Positions 19,044-27,600 of a stretch of DNA of 32,905 bases are shown here, piece by piece (position 1 is the stretch's first letter; each line of letters starts with the position of its first letter). The stretch covers positions 1 through 32,905 of the forward strand of contig DATDTY010000018.1 of assembly GCA_035290625.1 (NCBI GenBank), read 5' to 3'. The notes beneath the pieces are model-generated. The model worked only from the letters and a program-made list of their open reading frames with translations. It was not told the DNA's origin and did not search any database. Source of the stretch: Candidatus Nanoarchaeia archaeon. Its GTDB lineage: Archaea > Nanobdellota > Nanobdellia > Woesearchaeales > DATDTY01. A program made the position numbers and the translations under genes.

Positions 19044-20171
19044 ATGAAAAGGACAGTATTGCTTGCAATATCTCTAGCGCTGCTAGCTATTCCGCTAGCT
19101 TTCTCTGCATCGACTGGCAGCACGAATTACGATACAAGTATAGTGGTTGGCGGAGGAGGGACAGATGATGCGGCTTCTGATAATTATAAGACCTCTATTG
19201 TGTCAGGCCAGATTATAACCGGGTCTCCAAGTTCAACGAATTACAGATCCAATACAGGGTTCTCTTACACCACTGAAGTCACTGCCCAGGCTGCTGCCGC
19301 AGCTGAAGCCCCAAGCGGAGACGCAGGAGGCGGAGCAGGGCCTGAAAGGCGGAGCTTTGAGGTCATTCCCTCTTCTTTCAGGATAGAGCTGCTTCCGGGC
19401 CAAACAAAGGTGCAAGAGATGTCTATACGGAATACCGGCTCACAGCCCCTGGAGTTTAGCATTAAAAACGATGACCTGCAGGATCTGGTGTTATTGAATA
19501 TTTACGAATTTAGTCTTGCAAACTACAATGATGAGCAGATGATAAAGGTTGCATTTACAGGGTCTAAAGAAGGGCTGTTTGAAGGGGATATTACAGTGGT
19601 GGCGGGCTCATTGGCTAAGACAGTTCCTCTTGCTATAAATGTCAGCAAGAAGCCATTGTTTGATATCAAGACAGATGTGCTTACAAAAGAGGTAGGGAAG
19701 GGCGAGCCTGTAAAAGCGAGTATAGCCATGCTCAACTTCGGAGAGCTGCCTGTTGACGTGTACTTGAATTATTCCATAAAGGATGAAGGGGGGGAGATTA
19801 TAGAAGGAAAATATGAGATGATAGCAGTTCCATTAAACCGCATCGTGGAGAGGGAATTGCCTGCACCTGATATGGAAGGGGGGTACTTCTTCCATGCTGA
19901 GATTTATTATGGGGATGAACGCGCAGAGAGTGAGGATTCATTCAGAGTTGTCTTCAAGGAAAAGGTTGAAGAAAAACCAGCTGAGAGATATTCTCCTCTG
20001 GAAGCGGATAGGACACTCTTGTTTATAGGGTTGCTTGGGGGGGCACTGATTGTGATCGTCTTGTTGATTGTGATTATTATGTTATTGGTGCTCATACTGA
20101 TGAGAAAAGGAAGGGGTGAGAGAAGAAAACGTGCTAGGATGCCTCCTGCTCCGAAACCGAAGAAAGCCTGA
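19044..20171 (+). CDS. Secreted Ig-like domain protein with C-terminal membrane anchor
   Basis: Signal peptide, Ser/Thr/Gly-rich N-terminus, beta-sandwich-like segments, long hydrophobic C-terminal helix and basic tail. Confidence 0.8.
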   Translation: MKRTVLLAISLALLAIPLAFSASTGSTNYDTSIVVGGGGTDDAASDNYKTSIVSGQIITGSPSSTNYRSNTGFSYTTEVTAQAAAAAEAPSGDAGGGAGPERRSFEVIPSSFRIELLPGQTKVQEMSIRNTGSQPLEFSIKNDDLQDLVLLNIYEFSLANYNDEQMIKVAFTGSKEGLFEGDITVVAGSLAKTVPLAINVSKKPLFDIKTDVLTKEVGKGEPVKASIAMLNFGELPVDVYLNYSIKDEGGEIIEGKYEMIAVPLNRIVERELPAPDMEGGYFFHAEIYYGDERAESEDSFRVVFKEKVEEKPAERYSPLEADRTLLFIGLLGGALIVIVLLIVIIMLLVLILMRKGRGERRKRARMPPAPKPKKA

Positions 20172-20192
20172 ACCCGGGCAAACCATCCAGCC

Positions 20193-20399
20193 GGTGGCAT
20201 TGAAAAGTCATGCAGCGCCCTCTTGTGAGCCATTATAACGGAGCGGCGGCACAGCGACAAGGGAGTTGCCCCCTTCGGGGAATGTCGCTATTCTGACCGA
20301 ATAGCTCATGGCGAACTGCTCCGCAGGAGCGACCAAAAATGCGAAGCATTTTTGAGTACTGGCGCTGCCGAGCGAAGCGAGCAACTTTTCAATGCCACC
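20193..20399. mobile_element. Structured MITE-like element, copy E3 (opposite orientation to E1/E2)
   Basis: Perfect 16-bp TIR GGTGGCATTGAAAAGT/ACTTTTCAATGCCACC; direct repeat ATCCAGCC at 20185..20192 and 20400..20407; core GGGAGTTGCCCCCTTCGGGG at 20261..20280. Confidence 0.85.
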
Positions 20400-20446
20400 A
20401 TCCAGCCGCAACTCTTTTAAACGCAAAACCTTTTTCGTTGTAAACT

Positions 20447-20562
20447 GCGGGAGTAGCAAAGCCTGGTCAAATGCGCAGGACTTAAGATACGAGACAAGGA
20501 AAGTAGGAGATAAGGCATCCTGTCGGTTAGTCCGTTCGCAGGTTCGAATCCTGCCTCCCGCA
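20447..20562 (+). tRNA. tRNA-Leu(UAA) with a 30-nt intron at 37/38 (20487..20516)
   Basis: Acceptor GCGGGAG/CTCCCGC, CAGGA/TCCTG anticodon stem, long variable arm, GCAGG-TTCGAAT-CCTGC; bulge-helix-bulge with helix CTTA/TAAG and bulges AGA/GCA. Confidence 0.93.
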
Positions 20563-20592
20563 TTACCTGTTAAGTAGATTTTTTAGTTCTTA

Positions 20593-20757
20593 GGCTTTTT
20601 GCAAAGGCTCGCTTGCGTTCGGGGTAGCGTCGGTTCGCACGCGATACTATTTGCTCCATTGACATCTCCCGGATGGAGAACAACCCCTCGGTCAATGCGC
20701 CTTCCTGTTTTTAAGGTGCTCACAATAGTGACGCTACCCTTCCCTTTGCAAAAAGCC
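20593..20757. mobile_element. Structured MITE-like element, copy E5 (diverged core)
   Basis: TIR GGCTTTTTGCAAAGG/CCTTTGCAAAAAGCC; stems GGGTAGCGTC/GACGCTACCC, GCAC/GTGC, CATTGAC/GTCAATG; core TCTCCCGGATGGAGAACAACCCC; no clear direct repeat. Confidence 0.75.
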
Positions 20758-20826
20758 TTGAGGAAGTTAACGGCTTTGCTCAACATTACCGCTAGATTTA
20801 TAAATCTGGTTTCTCAAGAGAGGGGA

Positions 20827-21339
20827 ATGGATGATCACAAAGTATTTCTTGTTTTTCTGATAGGAACGCTGCTAGCGTATGCTGTGCTTTTTACTGCAGA
20901 GATTACTGGCTTTCTTGTGAAGGAGGAGCAGCTTTCGCTGGATATCAAGGAGACTGGCAGCATCAGGAGGCATGCTCCAGGAGATACTGTGACCTTGGAG
21001 ATAAGGTTGCGGTCCAGCCAGCAGAGCTATCCTGCTGATGTGATCATCTTCTATTCAATCCAAGACAAGGACTTCCATGACCTCAGCTACCGAGAGGACA
21101 CCTTTGCTGTCACAGGGATGGAATCATCATTTACGAGGCAGATCAGGATTCCAGATGTTAAGGATGGACAATACTATACCTTTGCTGAAGCTCGGCTTGC
21201 GGCTGATGAGAGCACTCGCTCACAGGATCGGGTTGTTGTTTATATTTCAGGAGGACAGCCAACAAGAATTATTTATTTAGGCATCCCCCTTGGCCTGCTC
21301 TTCATGCTGAGCGTTGCTGCTCTGAAATATCGCCGCTGA
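20827..21339 (+). CDS. Small membrane-anchored Ig-like surface protein
   Basis: Start MDDHKV at 20827, with TATA at ~20798 and GAGGGG upstream. N-terminal TM with ITGFLV, C-terminal TM. The longer ORF call runs through element E5. Confidence 0.75.
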   Translation: MDDHKVFLVFLIGTLLAYAVLFTAEITGFLVKEEQLSLDIKETGSIRRHAPGDTVTLEIRLRSSQQSYPADVIIFYSIQDKDFHDLSYREDTFAVTGMESSFTRQIRIPDVKDGQYYTFAEARLAADESTRSQDRVVVYISGGQPTRIIYLGIPLGLLFMLSVAALKYRR

Positions 21340-22162
21340 AGCGTTCTGTGTTGGTTGTATGAAGCTTGAGAGTATCCACGATTGTTGAGATGTCGTTGGC
21401 AGAACGGCTGATGAGGGTGTTGTGAATCTTCCATGGGAACTGTTCTGTAACAGATAAGCAGCCTGCATAGTCGATGTGGCTTTGGATGAATTCACCTTTT
21501 TTCAGAAACGGCAGCCCATCCTGCTCTGCGAGATGGACTTCTGGAAGGCTGCCTGTTTCCTTATAGATGAAGCCAAGCAGAGCCTGAGCAGCAAGATCAA
21601 CAAGCGGCATGTGGCTTGCTATCATAAGGATGCGACGAGCAGGAATTGGGTTTCCAGCATATTCCAAAAGAGCCTCGTTGACGTTTTCAAGGATTGCAAG
21701 AGCCATTGCAGCTCCGCATAAGCCTTCCATCCGGGATGGAATGCCATCAATCTTCGAAGGAAAATAATGGGTTGTGGCCCAGGAGAGTATATAGCCGCTT
21801 ATGTTGCCTTCCTGGAGGCGGGGGTAATATTGGTGATACTGATCAGTGCCAAGCAGCTTCTTTGCCTCAAGGATGGCATCAAGGCCTGTCCTATGATCCT
21901 CTTTATATGAGATAGCATCAAGATGTATCTCCGCGCCACCAAAAAAGTATTCAATGGTCTCTTTTGTTCGCGGATAGCCTGAGTGGATTGCCAGTATAGA
22001 GTCATACGGTGGATGCAAGAGATTATTCCCTTGCTCCAGAAGAGTTTGCTGGCCGCGGGTGTTCACATGGGCAGCCCTGCTTACTTCGAGGGTTTCTCCT
22101 TGGAAACGCTGCCTTTCCCCGCTGCGAAATATGAAGATATCCAGCGAAGACAATGAGGACAT
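21302..22162 (-). CDS. Histidine phosphatase-superfamily-like protein with degenerate active site
   Basis: IFIFRSGE (cf. RHGE), SGYPRTKET (cf. SP.xRA.ET), LMIASH (cf. VSH). Confidence 0.55.
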   Translation of the reverse strand: MSSLSSLDIFIFRSGERQRFQGETLEVSRAAHVNTRGQQTLLEQGNNLLHPPYDSILAIHSGYPRTKETIEYFFGGAEIHLDAISYKEDHRTGLDAILEAKKLLGTDQYHQYYPRLQEGNISGYILSWATTHYFPSKIDGIPSRMEGLCGAAMALAILENVNEALLEYAGNPIPARRILMIASHMPLVDLAAQALLGFIYKETGSLPEVHLAEQDGLPFLKKGEFIQSHIDYAGCLSVTEQFPWKIHNTLISRSANDISTIVDTLKLHTTNTERFSGDISEQQRSA

Positions 22163-22208
22163 GCCTGAAGTGAATATGTTGGGTTTTATAAAACATTCCC
22201 ATAAAACA

Positions 22209-22370
22209 GGCTCAGTAGAAAGTCGATATTGCCGCCATTTTTGCGAGGCTCGACCAGGAAAGAAATTCGGAAGCGGAGGGAGTTGCCCCCTTCGGGGAGG
22301 TGCCGCTCCTAAATGAAACTTGCAAGAGCCGAGCTGGCGGCAATCGCGGAGCGAGACTTTCTACAGAGCC
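22209..22370. mobile_element. Structured MITE-like element, copy E4
   Basis: TIR GGCTCAGTAGAAAGTC/GACTTTCTACAGAGCC; perfect direct repeat CCATAAAACA at 22199..22208 and 22371..22380; core GGGGAGTTGCCCCTTCGGGG at 22278..22297. Confidence 0.88.
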
Positions 22371-22417
22371 CCATAAAACACCCGGGTTTTTAAAAGGGCT
22401 ATGCTTCTTTATGGCAC

Positions 22418-23938
22418 ATGAAGGATCCTATCCAGCACATTGTGGAAGATACGCTTCAGAAGGGCAAGCAAGCCCTGATATTTTTGTCAACGAAGCCAAG
22501 CGCAGAGAAGACTGCAGAGGATATCAGCAGGAGCCTTGGGAGCGAGAGCAAGGAGCTTGCTGAGCTTTCAGAGGAGATCCTGCACGATTTGGGAAAACCG
22601 ACTGAGCAATGCAGGAGGCTGGCATATTGTGTGAAGCGAGGCATTGCATACCACCATGCAGGGCTTACCCATGGCCAGAGGGAAAGGGTCGAGGATGGAT
22701 TCAGGAACGGTTTGATTAAGGTTATTTGCTCGACCCCGACTTTGGCGTACGGCATAGACATTCCGGCATTCCGCTCAATCATCAAGGGTGTGCAGAGATA
22801 TGGGGGAAAATACGGCATGCAGTGGATACCTGTCCTGGATTATATGCAGATGGCAGGAAGGGCAGGAAGGCCGAAGTATGACAAGGTTGGAGAGGCGCTG
22901 CTGATTGCAGGAACACAGGCCGAGGCTGAGAAGCTATTTGAGAGGTATCTCCAGGGCCAGGCAGAGCCGCTCTACTCGAAATTGGCAGTTGAGCCTGTGC
23001 TCAGGACATACCTCCTTTCCCTGATTTCAGCAGGATTTGCCGGAGACAAGCAAGGCATTCTTAGCTTTTTTGGGAAGACGTTCTGGGCGCATCAATACAG
23101 GGATATGGCCAGCCTCCAGAAGAAGATTGAGAAGATGCTCGGGCTGCTGGAGCGATGGGGGTTTATTGAGGCTGAGAGCGCAGAGTTTATGCCTGCATCG
23201 TCGCTTAAGAAGGCAGAGAATAGACGGTATGAGGCAACTGCTCTTGGAAAAAGGGTTGCTGAGCTGTACCTTGATCCGCAAACAGCTCACCACTTCCTCG
23301 AGTGCATGGGGGGAAAGGAAGCGACAGAGTTTGGGTTGGCGCAGGCAATTTCGTGGACACTTGAATTGCGGCCATTACTGAGGCACAGGCAGAAGGAATT
23401 TGATCTGCTGCAGGAGAAGCTTGGCGGGGTTCAGCTGCTTGTTTCAGAGCCAAACCTCTTTGATCCTGAGTATGATGAGTTCATTGATTCTGTGAAGACT
23501 GCAATGTTCTTCATGGACTGGATGGAAGAGAAGGATGATGACTATCTGCTTAATGAGCATCGTATCAGGCCTGGAGAGACGCGCGTAAAGCTTGCAACTG
23601 CAGACTGGCTTCTGTACGCATTTGAGGAATTTGCAAAGATTTTGAAGAAACGGGAGTTTCAGAAGAAGGCTGCTGAGGTGAGGATACGGCTCAAGTATGG
23701 AGTGAAATCAGAGCTTCTCCCTTTGCTCAGGCTTGAGGGGATTGGAAGGGTAAGGGCAAGAAAGCTGTTCAATTTCGGGATTAAAGATATTGGAGATGTG
23801 AAAAACGCAGGCCTTACCACCTTATCCCAGCTTCTTGGAAAAGAGACAGCACTTCGTGTCAAAAAGCAGGTTGGGCAGGAGATTGAGGCTGTTCCTGATG
23901 GGAAGAGGAAGGGCCAGGTCAGCCTTGGGAAGTTTTGA
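22418..23938 (+). CDS. hel308: Hel308 (Ski2-like) helicase, C-terminal portion only (RecA2, WH, ratchet, HhH)
   Basis: HHAGL, STPTLAYGIDIPA, QMAGRAGRP, ATALGKRVAELYLDP, RLKYGVKSELLPL..LEGIGRVRARKLF. No Walker A or DExH; in-frame TAA at 22391. Confidence 0.88.
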   Translation: MKDPIQHIVEDTLQKGKQALIFLSTKPSAEKTAEDISRSLGSESKELAELSEEILHDLGKPTEQCRRLAYCVKRGIAYHHAGLTHGQRERVEDGFRNGLIKVICSTPTLAYGIDIPAFRSIIKGVQRYGGKYGMQWIPVLDYMQMAGRAGRPKYDKVGEALLIAGTQAEAEKLFERYLQGQAEPLYSKLAVEPVLRTYLLSLISAGFAGDKQGILSFFGKTFWAHQYRDMASLQKKIEKMLGLLERWGFIEAESAEFMPASSLKKAENRRYEATALGKRVAELYLDPQTAHHFLECMGGKEATEFGLAQAISWTLELRPLLRHRQKEFDLLQEKLGGVQLLVSEPNLFDPEYDEFIDSVKTAMFFMDWMEEKDDDYLLNEHRIRPGETRVKLATADWLLYAFEEFAKILKKREFQKKAAEVRIRLKYGVKSELLPLLRLEGIGRVRARKLFNFGIKDIGDVKNAGLTTLSQLLGKETALRVKKQVGQEIEAVPDGKRKGQVSLGKF

Positions 23939-24677
23939 CTGCGAACTCCCATCTTAGAAATTCTAACAGGATGATGGAGATTAAGAGAACTCCAATGACT
24001 GCAAATCCGTTTACATAATCGATAAAAAATATGCAAAAAACAAGGATGAAGAGGATTGCTGCGTATGCTCTGTAAGCTTTTTTGAAGAGTTCTGTTCCTC
24101 TTTTGATCAGGGTTTTCAGGTTTTTGAAGATTCCAAGGCTGAATGCCTGTGTGCAGGAGATCAATAAAAAGTAAAAGAAGAACATGGATAGTAAGGTGAA
24201 GACGATATTAAGAGCTGTTGGGCCTTTTCCTAAGATTGCTGCATTGGTGAAGGATAACTGCACGTATAATGCTCCGAAGAGGAGGAAGAGGATGGACCAG
24301 AATATGTTTAGAGCAAAGAATCTTCTCAGATAGGTTATGAGGGTTAGCTTCTTCTTTATCTTTTTAAGGGCTATCTTCCAGGCAATGCCCTGCAATGCTG
24401 AGTATGAGAGATATATTCCGAACACCATGAAGAAGAAATACCTTACAACATTATTGTAGGCCTGCTGAAAGAGCTCTTGATTGGCCTGCACTGCCTGGAG
24501 CTGCTCTAATGTTGGCTGGGCTGTTCCTACAAACTCTGTCAAGGTAACGAGCTCATCAATCATCTTTGGGTAGAACATGCCGATACTGAAAGCCGCTGCA
24601 ATGATGAAGAAGATGTCCAAGAGGAGGCAGATAAGGAAAAGATGCTTCGATGACTTGATGATACGGAAGGACTGCAT
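23919..24677 (-). CDS. Multi-pass membrane protein
   Basis: About 5-6 hydrophobic segments; directly downstream of the 1768-aa gene. Confidence 0.8.
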   Translation of the reverse strand: MQSFRIIKSSKHLFLICLLLDIFFIIAAAFSIGMFYPKMIDELVTLTEFVGTAQPTLEQLQAVQANQELFQQAYNNVVRYFFFMVFGIYLSYSALQGIAWKIALKKIKKKLTLITYLRRFFALNIFWSILFLLFGALYVQLSFTNAAILGKGPTALNIVFTLLSMFFFYFLLISCTQAFSLGIFKNLKTLIKRGTELFKKAYRAYAAILFILVFCIFFIDYVNGFAVIGVLLISIILLEFLRWEFAVKTSQG

Positions 24678-24679
24678 GG

Positions 24680-27600
24680 TTACGTTGTTGCTGGAGCTGT
24701 GATCTGTATGCTCCTTGGTGTAGTAGTATCTCTTATATTTCCATCGCCGTCAGTGATTTTTAATTTTGTTTCATACGTGCTGCCATCAATAAGTCCGTCT
24801 GTGGTGATTGGTGCTTCATAGTCCACACTGTTGAGATAGGGCGCCCAGGTCTGCCTTAGGTTTCTCACATTATTTCCAAGGATGAATTCAACTTTGTAGA
24901 TTCCTGGATCATCATCGCGAATATTATTTGCTTTGAAGGTGAAGGTCTGGCCAAGAGGAATATTTACTGGGCCCTCATTTTGCTCCTCTCCATTGTATTC
25001 TATTGAATAAGTTATTCCTGTGTCTAAAGGTGGATCACGGTTGCATACAGTGCCTCTTCTGCAGTAAGGAGCTCCACTATTGCAGCAGTATTCGTTGTTT
25101 CCGCCGCCGCATCTTAAGCTGCCGCATCCGCACTCTGCTGTAAGCAAACTTCCTATAGCGCAGCCAAGCAAAGTCGCACCTTGAACCACCTGATAAGAAG
25201 CATCGAGCGGTCGATTATTAACTGCAATAGGAAACTCACGGGCCTGCTCTGCTCCGTTCCACCTGATGATTGAGGGGTCAAAGGTATGGCCAGGCTCCTC
25301 GCTTGCATAATGAAGGGAAATGCGGAGGGTGAGGGTTTTGTGGCTGCCTTCTGGCTGCGGTCGTCTTGGTTGGAGGGAAATTGTGAGGGGGATAGTATTT
25401 GCAGTATCAGTGAACGAGCCACGCAAGGTTATAGTTTGTGCTTGCCCATTCTCTGTAAATGTGCATTGGACTCCAGCAGCAAGGTCTTCAGTTGTTGCAG
25501 TTCTTGTTGTTTGAGTATTAAAACACGAATTCTCTGAATTTAATGTGTATTGACCGTCATTCTTTGTAATAGTAATTCTAAATCCAATAAACTGAGCCAG
25601 TGGGTTGCTGAATTCTACTGTTATTGGCTCATTTGCTGCTTGGATGCCTCTTTGCTGAATTGCCGTTGCTTGAGCCGAGGTTTCAAATGGATTCAAGTCT
25701 CGGTTTTGCAGGTTTGTAGGTGTGCTGACTATTTTGAACCCAGGGAACGGTCCTCCAGGAATGCCGCTTGCAAACGGAATTGTGCCGTCTGCTGTGAGCG
25801 GTATGATATTTTCTAGAATTTGCTCCTGACGGTTTTCCCTATTACCATAAAGGGTGTATTTCATGTACATGGTCTGCTGTGGGGTTTCTGAAGGCGAGTT
25901 CTTGACAATTGCGCCGTCAAGCTCGATTGTCTCTCCTAAAAAGAATCCAGGCTGGCCCTCGTCTTTCAGCCTTACGTTCTGGTCGAAATAGGCAACTCCG
26001 TATCTGCCGAAGTCAAATGCGCAGTGGTATTCCCATCCTTCAAAGCCGCAGTCTGCAGGCGGAGGGCCTCCGATGTTGGGAAGGTTGACCACAGCACATT
26101 CCTCATCCCTGACCTCCTGGTCCGAGTTTCCACCGCGGGGGTAAGAGATGAGGATCCTCGCCTTATCATAGCGGTAGGGCCTTTCTTCTTCCCTGAACTC
26201 TTCAACATTGATTGTCTCGCCCTGCCGCAGCCTTCCCGGGCCTGCCCTGACTTGGATTACCTGCTCTCCATCCCTAAAATGCAGGCAGTCGCAGTCGTTT
26301 CCGTTCGGATCAATATCTGAGTCACAGGTGTTTTCTCCTGAGCAGACAAGCTGGACCTTGTAGGTTGTTTCTGGCGCTCCTGCAACGATAAAGACTCCAA
26401 GATGGTAGAGGAATGATGCCCTGCCTTGCTGCGATGGGTCTTTTGTCAGGAATCTCCTTGTTCCTGTGATGTAGCAGGTTGTGGCAATCGGAACCTGGAC
26501 TTCCTGCTCTAATAATCCTTCAATGTTGTAATCCCAGTCTCCTGTAAATGCAAATCGGCAGGTTGCATGGACAAGCTTTCTCTCAAGGAAAAGGGAGCGA
26601 TAGATTCCGGTTGATCCATACCTTGAGCGTATCTTGTTTTGCGTCTGCGCTCCTGAATTTGAGATATAGCTCAGGAAGCCTGAGAACCCGCCGCGAACCT
26701 CTGACCTGGAGCCTCCAAATCCACGGCCTGCTTTCTCAATGATGCACTTTATTGCAAAGTAAATCAGATCGCAGATATAAATGGAGAGAACCTGCTTGCA
26801 GATTCCTGCAGATCCATCACCTGTAACTAAGATTGTGTTGAAGCAGTTCTTGACCATGAGCAAAATCTGCTTGTAGTGGTTGAGGTACTCGCTGATTGCT
26901 GTCAGGCAAATGCTCTGGAATGCAGAGATTAAGTCTGAGGTCGGATCAATGACATAGTCCTTTGCCTCAGCGCAGACCTGCTCATAGACTCCGAGAGGCA
27001 CCTTTCTCTGGAAAATTTGTGGCTGTTCCTCATATGGAATGAATTCCTCGGCATCTTCTCCAGCACCCCGTGGTCTTGTTGCGCAGAATGCACCTCCGCT
27101 GATATGTGTTCCCAAACTTTCCCTGACCCGCAATACTGGGCTTGCCTCTTTCTTCTTCACATAGTTTGCAATCGTATTTCCAATATCGCAGCGCTCAAGC
27201 TGGCTGTTTTCGTTGTCGCATCTAAATTCAGCATTATACTCTCCTTCCCAGGCTGCTTGGATAGAGCCGTCGCCTGACTGTGGATCAGCATCAATCACCC
27301 AGTAACTTGTATCCCTTTGGCCGACTGCGCTTGTTGCAATGACCAGCCTTTCATTGGTTTGGCCTGTGCAGACTCCTCGAATGAGCCTTGGAAATACCTG
27401 CAAGCCGCCGCATTTTGCATCCTCTTTTCCTGCAGGGGTCAAGCAGTAGCTCTCCTTGAACTCATTGAGACCAACAGCAACAGAATCATACTCTTTGATG
27501 TATTCGTATTCGCAGTATTGCTGATTGATGTTTGAGCCGACGTTATTTGGACCGCTGCCGGGGCGAGCCTCGATAAGGAAATTGTCAGGGTTCCAGTACT

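Noticed and set aside
20599..20826. N-terminal extension of the 246-aa ORF
   Set aside because: It lies within element E5. TATA, RBS-like sequence and signal anchor point to ATG 20827.
9379..22370. CRISPR array interpretation of the repeats
   Set aside because: The copies are dispersed, diverged and in both orientations, with no repeat-spacer periodicity and no cas genes.
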